Assembly: GCF_009914755.1 (NCBI RefSeq)
Contig: NC_060929.1
Strand: one strand, 5' to 3'
From: the human T2T-CHM13v2.0 reference genome, Homo sapiens
DNA length: 64,000 bases
The notes beneath the pieces are model-generated. The model was given only the letters and a program-made list of their open reading frames with translations, made no database searches and was not told the origin of the DNA. Positions 16,590 through 36,085 of the stretch are shown here, piece after piece (position 1 is the stretch's first letter; each line of letters opens with the position of its first letter). The translations under genes were made by a program, and so were the position numbers.

Positions 16590-17740
16590 TTAAATATTTT
16601 GAGGTTCTTAAATTGCAAATGGAATGTCAATAAAAATTTCCTTGGGGATTGAATACAATGATGTTAATGGCCATATGAAAGAATATCATATAAAAATAAT
16701 TTTAAAATATATATATTAAAAATAATGAGGCCTATTTCAATCCATACAATAAAAAAATTCTAAGGCAATGCCAATAGCAAGATTTCAGTATTGACTCAGG
16801 AACAGAAAAGTAGATCAATGGAAAATAATATAATACTCAAAAACATATATTAATACATAATATATATATATACATAAGGCCTCAGGTTTTGGTAATAAAT
16901 GGTTTTTATTCTCATATGGGGAAAATTTTTCAATATGACTAGACCCTTATTTCACGCATCATTAATTCCAGGATCTGAACATTTAAATGTAAAACATAAA
17001 ATAACTCTTAGCAAAGGATTTGGAAAATTATGCATATATTATACAGATAGAAGTTTTTTATAGACCAGCCAGGAAACTCAAAGGCTATAAGATGTAGTCA
17101 TATTTGATGCCCTACAAAATTATACATTCTATAGCCCAGTGTTGTCTAGTAGGACTTTCTGAGGTGATGGAAATGTTCTATATCAGAACAGCCCAATATA
17201 GAGCCAGCAGACACATTTCAAATGCTTGAATTGACAGTGTGACTAAGATATCAAAACTGGGAAATGACTATTATTGGAAATGCTGCTATAGACAATGTTA
17301 CTACATTAGTAGAAAAAAAACGTGTCATATTATCTATCTAGAATAAATATTTCTATAAATTCATAATAAATTTTACAATAAAATATGGTATATGCAAATT
17401 ATTTGAAAAGAATTCACAGAAGAGCAAATGTAAATGGCAAAAAAATAAATAAATTGAGTGTCAACAGTTCTAGGATTCAAAGAAATTAAACTGAAATAAT
17501 ATGAAACATCTCACCCATCAAACGAGGGAAACAGTAAAATAAAATTTATGATAATATACATAACAAGGAATGAAGAGAATATATCACTTTTTTTTGTAAG
17601 TGGTAATTGATGTCTTAGAAGGCAGTCTGTCATTATGTGTTAACATAAACTTGAATGGTATTTTGTCCCAGAAAGTTCACCTATCATAGTCTCAGGAATC
17701 CATCTTAAAAGGAAAAGCAACCTTTAGTGGTAATTATACA
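16590..17740 (+). mobile_element. Old L1ME-like ORF2/3' remnant, host of MER3
   Basis: Degenerate 'aggaacagaaaagtagatcaatggaaaa', 'agaattcacagaagagcaaatgtaaatggcaa', 'aatatgaaacatctcacccatcaaa'. Confidence 0.55.
17137..17285 (+). mobile_element. MER3 hAT-Charlie MITE
   Basis: 'cagtgttgtctagtaggactttctgaggtgatggaaatgttctatatc'; 8-bp TSD ctatagcc/ctatagac. Confidence 0.85.
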
Positions 17741-17864
17741 GATTTATCTCTAGAGTCAATAAAATAAAATCAACATAAGTTTAAAATTTTAAAAGGATAT
17801 TTATTACCTAAACTATTCAATTAATTGTGAATATATTAATATAGCTTAAAATTGAAATTTATCT

Positions 17865-18246
<382 letters not shown>

Positions 18247-19159
18247 CTAATAATTAGAGAAGTATCTGTAATACATTTCTATTTTTTTATAAAACAAATA
18301 ATGATAAAAACAATATTGCTCAATTTAACTGTTTATAGTCTCATTTTAAAACTTCCCTAACAAAACCCCTGGCCCCACAGATTGACTTGCTTCTAACAAG
18401 GCCATATATTGAACTGTTCCCCTCTTAAAGCTGTCTCCTTCGCTAGTGCCATCTTCTCAAAGGTGATTTTAATAAGGTCAATTATCATGTTTTTCTAAAA
18501 AACAACCAGGAAAGATCCTATCATGACCTACATTTTTGTTTCCCACAGTCATCGAAGAATTCTAGATCTCACAAGGCATCTCATTTATCCAGAACGTTTG
18601 GATAAGAAGTGGATTTGCACATCTCTTAATCTGACACTAAGGCTCATCCCTCCCTGAAGTTCTCCCCTCAAGATTGCCAATGTGACCTCAGAAATTCAAC
18701 GTCTGTAATTGGAAAACTTCTCAAATCCTTGTTTTATATTTTTGAGGCTTTCTTGTTTTAAATGCAATCATCAGAAGCCCTCTCAAGAGGTGACTGTTTT
18801 ATTTGCAGGGCGGAGGGTGTTATTTGACACGTCCCAGTAAACCTGGAGTTGGGATAGACCTTACCTTTTCTTCTGCTCCCAGATCAGACACTTGACAACT
18901 GCATCCCCGCACCCATTTCTCTCCCTGCAAATATACTCTCTAGTGTCAAAAAATCAAATCAAAATAAGTTTAAATATTTTTAAATATATTTATTATTACC
19001 TAAACTATTCAATTTATTGAGGGTATATTAATATAACTTAAAATTGAGGTTAATCTATGCAGATTGAATTTGGTGAATTCCCTTTAGGAAACTAGCTAAA
19101 GAAAAAAGTAATGTCAGAGAAGTGTATCTAGATATATTTATTCTTCTCTGATCATTACT

Positions 19160-19216
19160 TTATATAGAGATATATAGACATATTTACAGATAGATGATAG
19201 ATAGATAGATAGATAT
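19160..19216. repeat. (TAGA)n microsatellite
   Basis: gatagatgatagatagatagatagata. Confidence 0.85.
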
Positions 19217-19265
19217 GGAGAGAGGGGAAAAGAAGCATTTTCGTCTCTTCATTTGTTTCCATGAA

Positions 19266-19375
19266 TTCGAGTTTCTATCTAGTTTCATTTCCTTATTCAA
19301 ATAGTTTTGCTTACATCCACTTCGAGTTTCTATCTAGTTTCATTTCCTTATTCAAATAGTTTTGCTTACATCCAC
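19266..19375. repeat. Perfect 55-bp tandem duplication
   Basis: ttcgagtttctatc...ttacatccac identical at 19266-19320 and 19321-19375. Confidence 0.97.
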
Positions 19376-19399
19376 TTCCATTGTGCTTACATCCACAAT

Positions 19400-22150
<2,751 letters not shown>

Positions 22151-24089
22151 ATTATTACACAGTGATACTTTCAAAACTCAAAGTAAAGTCATAGAAACTA
22201 TAGATAATTTTATTTGTAGAATTAAAATTAGTATTTCTTACATAATTTTAATGAAGTTAATATTGATTCATATTTAATAAATATGTATTTCTATCCAAAG
22301 AACATATATTTCAGATATTACAATATTTCTAAATAAACCTGTCATCTGTTATCTATTCTTAGGAATAGAATCTTGTTTTGAAAGGGGAAAAGCTTAATAA
22401 AATGTCAAATAAAGATCAGTTTCAGAGAAACTGAAAATAACAAATATGGCATGCTTAACATGCAATTTATTATTTGATTTTAACCAGCAATTTTTTTCTT
22501 CATATCGACAGGAATGCACTATCTCTTTAAAATAGTCAAATTTCTGACTCCGTAACACAATAGTTAATATTAGTTCAACAAAAAATATAGAGTGCTACTT
22601 TCTTTTAATTCCCTTGAAACATTTAATGTCTATATCTTTAATTATCAGGTAAAAATAGTTGTTGATTTTCCATATTGCATGAAAGAATTATCTAAAATAT
22701 ACCATAAAAATGTAAATATTTCTGAATAAATTTTACTTAAACCATTTAACTTTTGCATTAAAAAAGTCTTTTAGGAATTAAGATTATTCTGAACTACAAT
22801 GTCTAAAGAACTAATAGATATTATCTGAACTTTGTAGACTATTACTACTGCCCAGTGCTAGAAACCCGTAAGTAGCTAAATAAGTTATATTAAGAGATAC
22901 AGGGAATATAAGAAAATATATTGCAGATTAGAACTCCTTTCAGTAGTTTATAATAGATTACTTATATCTATGTTTTCACATTTTTAGCATGCCATTTCTA
23001 CCTCATTCGGTCAGGCAGTAAACAGTAGCCACCATACATGCATTATTTTTTTTACATACTGTATGTGTCTTAAAGAAAATATAATTACTAGCTCAGGCAT
23101 ACTCACTAAATTTTATTGTTATGGAATATTGTATGAATAATCATAAAATTATTTAAAATATATTCTAGATTCTCAATCACTATGTCTATTTTAGAGAAAA
23201 TCCTTTTAAAATTCTAAATGCTTGAACAAGTTCTCCAGGAACAGTTGACTAGAAAGCTACTGAAGTCTTTATTTTATGTTTTATTACTAAATGTCCTGTT
23301 AAATAATTTATCATTAGTTACTTTATATCTCCCAGTTTCTTTTCTGTTGAGTTATAGTTTCTTAAATCTTGACAAATAGGAAATCTGTGTGAATAAGTTT
23401 ACTGGTGAATTCAAATATCTTTGCTCTTATGCTTTTACTGGATCATTTCAATTGGGTGAATATAGTCTTGGCTTTACTTTTATGTTGCTATGGCAACCCT
23501 AATTATCATTACTAGTATATGGTATATACGATGGTGAAAATATACTGAGTTATTTAAGAATTATTTTCCCAGTATTTTAATTACCAACTTATTTAAAATT
23601 ATTTGATATAGTTAAATCACAGCACCTGAGTGTTTTCATTTGAAATTTAAGTTTGAATCAATTATAGAATGTTTGTAGTTTTAAATAAATAACATTTTCA
23701 TATGTGGTGTCACAATTTAATAGGTGTCAGCAGCAAGTCATAGAATGGAAGCCGGAAGTTTTATTAAATAAAAATGAATCTGTCAAGAGAGGAGAAAAGT
23801 AAAGCAGATAAAGGAAAAGAAAAAGAGAGAGAGAGAGAGAGATCTTTGGGATTTAAATTGCTGTAAACCATGGAAAAAGACAGGCAGGACATATTGAAAT
23901 AATCACTTGATACTTGATTCAGAATTGAAAAAATATAGAAAAGCATAAATACACGTTAAAATTGGATGAGGCTATGGACTTCTACTATTTTAGTGACAAA
24001 ACCCAGAGACAAGTGTTTAAGAGTGTAGATTTTATTGACGCAGATTTTTTTTTTCTCTCTCTGTAGCCATTATAACTCTTAAAGAATCT

Positions 24090-25330
<1,241 letters not shown>

Positions 25331-25340
25331 GATCTACTCT

Positions 25341-25662
25341 GGGGGTTGGGAGTGGGCTGGGCTGGGCAGGGAAAGGGGAAATGTTGGTCGAATGTACAAA
25401 GATTCAGTGAGAGAGGAGGAAACATTTTGGAGATCTATTGCACACCATAGTGATTCTAGTTAATATATTGCATATTTCAATATTGCTAAAGGGGTAGATT
25501 CCAAATGTTCTTACCATAAAGAAATGATAAATATGTGAGATATTGCATATGTTAATTAGCTTGATGTACTCATTCCACAATGTATTCATGTATCATAACA
25601 TCACATTGTACTCCATAAATACATAAAATTGTTATTTATTAACTAAAAGAAAAGAAAAAAAA
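25341..25662 (+). mobile_element. L1MA (MA5-MA8-like) 3' end
   Basis: 'ggagatctattgcacaccatagtga', 'atatgttaattagcttgat', A-rich tail. Confidence 0.85.
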
Positions 25663-25884
25663 TGTAGTTCAGATCTACATGTTAAACCTAAATAGGAAAA
25701 TGCCTGATGAAATAGAAGATTTAAATAGGATCAAAAATTTCCTAAATCAATATCCAAAACAAAAACAATTTAAAAAATCACTTGTCATACCAAGAACCAA
25801 AAAAAATTCCTGGCAATCAAGTGATCTGAAGTCCCAGATAAGTCCAGATACTGGAACTTTCAGAGATTTTAAAGCAGCCATCAT

Positions 25885-26185
25885 GCCGGGAGTGGTGGCT
25901 CATGCCTGTAATCCGAACACTCTGGGAGACCAAGGTGGGTGGATCACCTGAGGTCGGGAGTTTGAGACCAGCCTGACCAATATGGTGAAACCCGGTCTCT
26001 ACTAAAAATACAAAAAAATTAGCCGGGCATGGTGGTGGGTACCTGTAATCTCAGCTACTTTTGGGAGGCTGAGGCAGGAGAATCGCTTGAACCCAGCAGG
26101 CGGAGGTTGCAGTGAGCCGAGATTGTGCCATTGCTTTCCAGCCTGGGCGACAGAGCAAGACTCCACCTAAATAATAATAATAAAT
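25885..26185 (+). mobile_element. AluS (Sx/Sq-like) SINE
   Basis: Alu body; 14-bp TSD aaagcagccatcat (25871) / aaagcagccgtcat (26186). Confidence 0.95.
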
Positions 26186-26561
26186 AAAGCAGCCGTCATA
26201 ATATTTCAACAAAGGAGTTAATTTCAGTTTTGCTTAGCAGGTCTCTTATATAAAGTTAATTTTCTGTTTTAACAATTATACACAAATTGGAGTTTCTCAG
26301 AAACCTTAGCTCCTATCCCCTCTTTGTATTGAACTCACTGAAATTCTCATTCACAAATCACTTTCCTTTGAGACTGGGTAATGGATAGAAAGCCTTCTTA
26401 TCTAGTAAACATTAATTTCAAATACCAAACCAGGCCATTTGATTTTAATTTTCAAAATTCTCAAATCTGGCAACACCTAAATTATCTAATGGCATTTTAG
26501 TATAATAAAAATGCCTAGATCTACTCCAAATGAATCTAGAAGTGTGGTTCAATATCTGTTT

Positions 26562-27633
26562 TCTTTTTTTTTTATTATTATACTTTAAGTTCTAAGGTAC
26601 ATGTGCACAATGTGCAGGTTTCATAAATAGGTATTCATGTGCCATGTTGGCGTGCTGCACCAATTAACTCATCATTTACATTAAGTATATATCCTAATGC
26701 TATCCCTCCCCCCCTCCCCACCCCACGACAGGCCCCAGTGTGTGATGTTCCCCTTCCTGTGTCCAGATGTTCTCATTGTTCAATTCCCACCTATGAGTGA
26801 GAACATGCGGTGTTTGGTTTTTTGTCTTGTGTTAGTTTGCTGAGAATGATGGTTTCCAGCTTCATCCATGTCCCTACAAAGGACATGAACTCATCCTTTT
26901 TTATGGCTGCATAGTACTCCATGGTGTGTATGTGCCACATTTTCTTAATCCAGTCTATCATTGATGGACATTTGCGTTGGTTCCAAGTCTTTGCTATTGT
27001 GAATAGTGCTACAAAAACATACGTGTGCATGTGTCTTTATAGCAGCATGATTTATATTCCTTTGGATACATACTCAGTAATGGGATGGCTGGTTCAAATG
27101 GTATTTCTAGTCCTAGATCCTTGAGGAATCGCCACACTGTCTTCCACAATGGTTGGACTAGTTTAAAGTCCCACCAACAGTGTAAAAGTGTTCCTATTTC
27201 TCCACATTCTCTCCAGCACCTGTCGTTTCCTGACTTTTTAATGATCGCCATTCTAACTGGTGTGAGATGGTATCTCATTGTGGTTTTGATTTGCATTTAT
27301 CTGATGGCCAGTGATGATGAGCATTTTTTCATGTGTCTTTTGGCTGCATAAATGTCTTCTTTTGAGAAGTGTCTGTTCATCTCCTTTGCGCACTTCTTGA
27401 TGGGGTTGTTTGTTTCTTTCTTGTGAATTTGTTTGAGTTCTTTGTAGATTCTGGATATTAGCCCCTTGTCAGATGAGTAGATTGCAAAAGTTTTCTCCCA
27501 TTCTGTAGGTTGCCTATTCACTCTGATGGTAGTTTCTTTTGATGTGCAGAAGCTCTTGAGTTTAATTAGATCCCATTTGTCAATTTTGACTTTTGTTGCC
27601 ATTGCTTTTGGTGTTTTAGAAATGAAGTCCTTG
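26562..27633 (-). mobile_element. 5'-truncated L1PA3-5-like LINE-1 (ORF2 C-terminus plus 3'UTR)
   Basis: ORF pieces [30 protein letters not shown] (Cys-rich), KKDEFMSFVGTWMKLETIILSK; poly-T. Confidence 0.95.
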
Positions 27634-28839
27634 TGATTATAATGTTCAGCTATGACAATAAATAAATAAATTAGTACTAAATCAGCACTGAAATGGAAAA
27701 AATATCCAGTTCAGTTTAGTTCCTGAAACATAGAAAATCTAAAGAATTAAACAGAATATTCAGAAATTTAATATTTACAGTGTAAACCATACCTTAAAGG
27801 TAAGAATATTTTAGCATAGGGCTTTTCATTTGCTTGCCAAAGGAGTAAAATGTAAGTCTTCTGGGTCCCCAAACCAGAATCTTTTTAAATAATCATATTC
27901 TTCTCTGATTACTATTGGCAATACCTACCTTCATAGGAAAACTTCCTTAGGCATCTCACTGCCATAATAATTTTTTAGTGCAATAATTTTAAATAAAGTA
28001 TATGAATTAAAATATAAAAATGATTCCCAATATAATCCCTCTTATCACGTGAAGAGTTGTTTTAGGAAAACAAAAAGTGAAAGAGCAGGAAAGACAATAC
28101 CTGTCACTTTACACATCTCTTTACTATTGTCTCCAGGGTAGGAAAGCCTGCCAATGGCTGGAGCACAGCAAAAAACACTTCAAAGTTATTTTTAATGGTC
28201 TTTTTAAAAAAATTAACTTAAAAGGTTTTGAAGTAAAACCCATACATATTTAACTTTATCTGAGAAATAAGCTATTTACTATCTTATTATTCTTTATATA
28301 TTATTTTTGGAATTTGAAATAAAGTCTATTGATATCGAAGGTTATGTAGTCATTTAGAGGAGAGAAGCTGGGTTGTGGTAGAGGTTGGCTTTTGCCTTTT
28401 ATTTATTACATTCATTTCTGTAATTCCTTATTTTATAAATGTTTCATTATTTTTATCCTTCTTTGGGAAAAAATAAGAATCAGCTACTTCATTAAAAAGA
28501 AAAGCTTAAAATGTTAACCAGAGTTTCACTAATTATAAGAGTTTTTTAGGTATAAACACGTCGTGTTTCTCTAAATAGCAGCTTTCCTATGAGGGACATG
28601 ATTTAATTCTTTTCATCTGGAACTTTCTATTTAGATAATGCTATTATATAGAAAAGTTACTTTTTATGTAGAACACATTAATATAATGTATTTAACTCTA
28701 ATGTTAGGGGTAATATTTTAGAAATTATTTTATTCTACATTCAAGTTATGTAATACCTTCTGAAAAAAATCCCAGCAAGTATTGTCCTTTTCAGGATTTA
28801 TGATTTTTTATTTTTATTTTTTCTTTATTTTTCACCTAC

Positions 28840-29690
28840 AGAATAGTCTAAGACTGATAGCAAAATGTTAAGTAATAGACATAGTGAACAGTGAGAACTT
28901 GTTCATCTTTTTGACATTAATGGAAAACTTTATCTCTGTAATATTTGTGGATTTATTACATTCCTAGGAATACAAATCTATTTCTTCTATTTTTAGGTTT
29001 CTAAGTCTTTATTCAGTAATAGATTTTGAAACTGAATCAAAGTTTTTGTCATCTACTGAGAATAATATGTGGAGTTGAAATAATGAATTGCCTTAAAAAA
29101 CTAAGTGCTTAGCTGGGTACGATTTTCTGGAACATTATGGAGATTTTTCCACCTCTATTCATAAGGGAGATGGAAGATGCCAGTCATGTATTTTTCTTTT
29201 ACTTCTTTCAGTGTTGTACTAACTTTTTTATAAGAGTTTGAGGAGTATCTTCTCTTTGACTGTACTCCAAAACAATGTTTATAATAACAGATGGATCCAG
29301 TGAATTTTAAAAGGGATGTAGCTTTGAATAACTTTTAATCCTGTGATGATATTTTATACAATTCAAATTTTCTGTTACTTCACAAATCGATTTTAGCAAA
29401 TTATATTTTCTTGAAGAATCATCAAATTTATCATGTGTTTCAGTTGCATTGTTGTGTGTATGTGTGTGTACAACACTACTAAATCTACTGAGTATATGCA
29501 AATTTTATAATTCCAAAATTATGCATTCCTTACTTGGAGCTTCATTAGACTTGTCTAAGGTTCATAATGCTTTTTGTATTTTCGAGGAAACAATTTTTCA
29601 TTTTAGTGATCAAGTTTGATATTTTTCTATTTCTTTCCCATTGCATTAATTACTCATATCTTTAATTATTTTATCAGTAGTGTAGGTGAG
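28840..29690 (-). mobile_element. Very old L1M ORF2 (RT region) remnant
   Basis: Degenerate 'aaaatgttaagtaatag...cttgttcatctttttgacattaatggaaa', 'ttttgtcatctactgagaataatatgtgg'. Confidence 0.5.
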
Positions 29691-31385
29691 TACCTCAATA
29701 TAATCATCTACTCTTTTTTATAATTTATAAATAAGTAAAATTTTTAAGAAATTAAAAAATAATTGGTGGAACTATGATATCTATTTTACAAATATATTAA
29801 AATATAAGGACTGTGGCAATATTAATATTAACCTTTAAGAAGAAAGTTGAATTCTAATAAATTATTTTAATTTTTAAATGTACATATTTATTTCAAATGA
29901 TGGCATTGTTTATATGACATATTGTTGGTACCTAGTTTAGTATATATTAAATGTACATTATATTTTTATTTATCTATCTTCCTGGCCCCTTCATTCGATG
30001 TGTGTTTGTTTTCTATTATGTAGCTGTGAAAACTCTTCAACTATTTTTGTGTAGTAATCTTGCTAACTCAGTAGAAAAAAAATTTCAATAATGAAAGAAA
30101 ATTTTAAATGTGCTTTTGTTAGGTAATTTTGTTTCAAATTGAAATGATCAGTTATTCAAGGGTAGCTGCTAAATATTATTAATGATAGTAGGAATTGCAC
30201 CTTAAGAATTTATATTGACTAAAATCCTTCCCCAGGCATTGCCACAAAAGTGTATGTACTTATGCCATCCTGAAAACGTAAGAGAGGAAAAGAAGAGCTT
30301 ATTTAAAGATTGGGAGATTAGAGAAAATGGAATAATAATGAAGTAGAGTATTCAGGTAAAAGATGGTAAATTAAAAAACTGAGTTCTTCATATAATAGGT
30401 AAAAAGGATCAATGGATAGAAAGGATTTTAGCAAATAAAAAAGTGAGAAATCAAAGCTTGAAATAAAGAAATAATAATGTCATCTAGTTTAGAAGGGAAT
30501 TCATGTTGAGGCACGATAAAAAAAATTAACATTCAAAATACACTTTTAGAAGAAAAGAAAGTTTAATACTTTGTATAATTTAAAACTAGAAAAATATTTG
30601 AATACATCAGGAGAATCTATTTGAAACTCAATTTCTCATCTAATCATAAAGTGGAAAATGTTACTTTGTTTGAAATGTTCTTCACTTGGTGTATCAAGAT
30701 ATTATAAGAAGCTAAAAGCAAAAATATTTAAGGGATTATGGTAACGACATTTGAAATAGCATGGAGAAATGATAGGATTATCATGAATAAAAAATGTCAT
30801 GAACTGTACTTGGAATTCTATTTCCTATTTTATGTGAGTGTTTTATAATAGCAAAGTATACTTTAAATGGAATATTTGGGGGACTGCATTTGATTGGAAT
30901 CGTTACAGAAAATTGTTTGACAGATCCTGTTTTTGAATACTGATTCTTTCCATTTTCAGTTATACTTATGCATATATTTTTGCTTCAAATCTATTCTTTT
31001 GCTGTCAGCCAAGCAATTCTTATTGTATATTATAGCAGTCCCAAATGATTGAGATGAAAATCAAATGTGTTACATAAAAACATAAAGGAACTAAATCAAT
31101 TAGGGCATGCCCATGTTTGTGATTCAAGTTAAAGAAACTAGACCGAGATTTTAAAATAAAATAAAACAGTTCATTTTACTGTTTGTTTTGTGTATGCATG
31201 AGGTATAGATATCCAATAATTTTTAAACAAATGTGGGATTGATGATGTAATGTATTTTTCATTGACATATGTCTTTATGTTTTACATAATATTTTCTAAA
31301 ACCCTTTAGAAATTAACTCTTCAGAAAACTACTCAGTATGAATTTATTTTTGACTTGTGGTGAGGTATTATTTACAAATGAATCT

Positions 31386-31416
<31 letters not shown>

Positions 31417-31605
31417 TCACAGCTTTTGAATGGTGAAGAAAGGGACTCTCACTTTTTGGGAGAACAAGCCATCTAAAATAGGAATTTGTATCTGTAAGCC
31501 AAATTAGCAGTGAATAATATCATGAAGTTATCATGTGTTAGTTTGAAACATTAAAAATGTGAGCCAAGAAATGTAAGCCAAGACTTGCTTTATACATAAA
31601 GCATG

Positions 31606-31907
31606 ACTTGAGGGGGATGGAGAGGAGTTGGTTAATGGACATGAAAATACAGTAAGATGGAAGGAATAAGCCCTAGTATTCGATAGTACAGTACAGAAAT
31701 TATAATTAACAGTATATTTTACATTTCAAAATACCTAGAGAAGAATTGTAATGTTCTTTTCCATAGCAAGGAAAAGATAAATGTTTAAGGTGATGGATAT
31801 CCAAATGTTTCTGCTTTGAACATTTCACATTGTATAAATGTATGAAAACATAAAATGTACACCAATATATGTACGACTATGTTATATCAATACAAAATAC
31901 AAAAAAA
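31606..31907 (+). mobile_element. L1MA4/5-like 3' end
   Basis: 'ggttaatggacatgaaaatacagt', 'gataaatgtttaaggtgatggatatcc', A tail. Confidence 0.85.
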
Positions 31908-34332
31908 GTGTTTTATTTTCTGAAAATCAAGATTTTTAGAATAAACGAAGCTTTAAAATACCTATTTAAAGGTATATCTTTATTAGGGAAGGAACTACAA
32001 GCAATATTAATGTAGGAAGGCTGGCTAAGACATGCAAAAATATATAATACATACATTTTCTTTGAATGTTTTGAAATTGAGGTAACTTCAATGCCAGACC
32101 CAAGCATGCATATGGGGAAAACCCAAATAAATAAAACATCACTTGCTTTCACAGCTCTCACTGTCTAACAATGCTCGCAGATGTGTAAGCCAATATGTTC
32201 CATGTTGAAGAATCCTTTAGAGGATTTAAAGAATAAGAGACAAACTTTGACCAGAAGCCTAAAAATATAAAAACAAGGAATGAAACAAGAAAGAGGCATC
32301 TCAGATCTAGGTATAGATTTTGATAAAAGAGCATCTTAAGGATAGAAAATGAAACAAGAATGGGTCACTATAGAGATTTATTTTAGCTACCACCTTTCAA
32401 GTTTTTTTTTCCACAAAAGCATAGTGGGTAGAAATTTAAGAATCAAAACCTGAATTTCTCTTACTTAATATAAATATTCATATAAATACTATTATGTGTT
32501 CTCTGCATTCAAGAATACTTCTAGGTAATAAGGATACTTCTGGTTATATAAAGGTGATGAAACATGCTTGCAACCAATATTTTGATTTTCAGATCAAATA
32601 CGAGTAAGAACTTAGAGAATTCTGCTTAAATAAATATTTCTGCCTGAATGTGGTACACTATACATTGCATTCTAAACCAAAAATGGTTATTTGAAGTGGT
32701 ACTACTAAAATACATCATGGAAAAAAATTATATATTTTGTCACTGTCTAATTTTCTGTATTTTGGCAACCTGAATAAAGCCTGATTTTATATTCTGAGGT
32801 ATTATCAAGGAAAATATTTTATCTAGTCAGTGGAGAATCAGTTTAGTTTTCTTATGTAATTCTGACAAAAGAAGAGTTGTGTATCTTTATTACCATTTAA
32901 GTACTTACTCAGTAGCAAAGCTTTTAATTCATTGGACTATGTTGTTCTTGATATAGTCTTTTTGATGGCATATTTGTATTCTTAGAATGTGTATTTTGAT
33001 ATTGTGTAAAAGTTACTACTGATACAAATAATTGTTTAATAGTTTTAGTAAATCATTTGATAAGCTATTACTTTAGTAATGTGTCCAAATACTTTGAACT
33101 TCATTGGAATTTGGTTGAAATACAAGTGGAAAATTAATAAATTAGAATTATTTATAAGAATAAGGAATGGTGAAATCTCACAAGTGACCAATCAAATAAT
33201 TTGGAGGGCTGGAAATGTTCTTTGTCTTGTTCGAGAAGACTGCAGGCTTTCTTTCTCATTTAACACATTAAAAATAAATTTTTTCAAGGATATTGAAAGT
33301 TACACCAAAAAGATTGTGTCATATATTTTTGTTTTGTTTCTTGTATTTTTTTTTTTCCTTATTTCTGCAGTTGGGGTGGATTTGGGTGAGAACAAATCAG
33401 GATAGGCCTTAGAAGAGAGAATAATCAAGGTGTCATCGAAGTCTAACAACAATAACAACAAAAACACAGGCCCATTATGGCAATCCAACAGCAGAATGGG
33501 AGGATAAAATAATCAGAACTAGAGGTAAGCCAAGATCCAGATCCACAGGTTTTGACAAAGAAGCAAATGCTGTGAGACGTGAGACCATGCACAGCAGGTT
33601 GGGCAATATTCTTATACAATGTGACCCTTCTGAGAGGCTAGCACCCTGCAAACCTTAGATCTGCTGTGAGAATCCTAAAAGGGTGATACACATAACCCAA
33701 CACATGATAATTTTGAGGATAGTCACCATTACATTCACTTAAGTTATAGATATAGCCCACAACTTAAATTTTATTTATCTGCTTTTTGTAAGTTTGATAT
33801 ATAAATTTAATTCATTATTAGGAAGAATCTAGATGTGTACCTCACAATAGACTGAACTTGAAAAATGGTGATCTTGAAGAAAAGTACCCAGAATATTGAA
33901 CAAATTACACCATTAACGGGTATCGATATTATTACAAGTTTATTATCTACTTTCTTAACAGGGACATCAGCTCTAATCCTGGTTATTACCAGTTAGCTGA
34001 TGCTTTACATCCCACACTGCCTAACTCAAAATAAGGCCCATGTATTTGCCATAAACAGTAAACATTGTCTCTTTTACATAGAAGATAGTCTTTCACAGAG
34101 AAGCTAGAATTGATTGTCTTTCAATTTATGTTCTCTACCACCTATATATTTGTTCGATTTACCCCACCACTAACTACTTCCTTTTCTTCATGATGGGAAA
34201 AATATTTATACCCTGTCCCAAACAAACAAACAGAAAAACCCTTCAGTAAATTATAAGTCCCACTTACACTTTTTTGTTTTTAATTTGAAAACTTTGATAA
34301 TAGTCCATTTTACTTTCTAATGTCTGCAACTT

Positions 34333-34391
34333 TATCTGTCTATCTATCTATCATCTATCTATCTATCTATCTCTGTCTGCCTGTCTATCTA
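34333..34391. repeat. (TCTA/TCTG)n microsatellite
   Basis: Directly visible. Confidence 0.9.
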
Positions 34392-35261
34392 GTGTTTGGA
34401 GAGATTTTGTGACAATTTAGCAAGAGGTATGAGAATCCCTACTAGGGAATAAATACATATTTTGGAAATATATTTTAGTAAATCTTATTGTGGTAAAACA
34501 TGGGATGAAGAAACTGGGCATTGGCCAACCTTAAGGCTTAGAGACAAATAAAGATTTGCAAATACATGTAAAGTACTAAGCATGAAGGGAGAGAGATAAG
34601 TAAATAAATTCCAAGAAAAATTAGGTCAAAGAGAGAATCAACATGCCATCTCCTCCCTCCTGCCTTCCTGGTTATTTGACCCACATGTAGTAGGGTAAAA
34701 TTATGATTTAATGTTAAATCAAGTTACTGAAGAGTAGAAGGAGATTCGCTTTTACTCTTTTTTTTCAAAAACTGTAGTAAATTAAGACTATTCTAGCAAA
34801 CCAAGCAATAACTTAACCGTAACCAGGGAACAATGGAAGAAGATGAAAGGCTAACAGGGCATTTTAAGTTATTTATTATGGACACAGGTTGTTTGTATTC
34901 TCCTACATATATTATACGAAACAGTCTGTGAAATTCAAATTGATTACTAATGCTTTGTGGGAGTGTTTTTTCATAAAGTACAAGAGATTCTGTGTGTCAT
35001 CATTTTGTAGATAAGGAACTAAAACAGAAACTGCGTCCACATGTATTAAGGTTAAAAGAAGAGATTACAACAGGTTCTTATTAATATTCAAGATTATCCC
35101 ATTAACAACAACAAAATAGCAGAAACAATATGCGTGTGTTTGCATATATGTGTAAGCACGTAAACAGTTACCTACATACACACTTATATGTACTTCCTTT
35201 ACTCCATTTCTCCTTCCATTGCCACAATGCCACATTACTCTACTTCATATTTAAGATTTTT

Positions 35262-36085
<824 letters not shown>

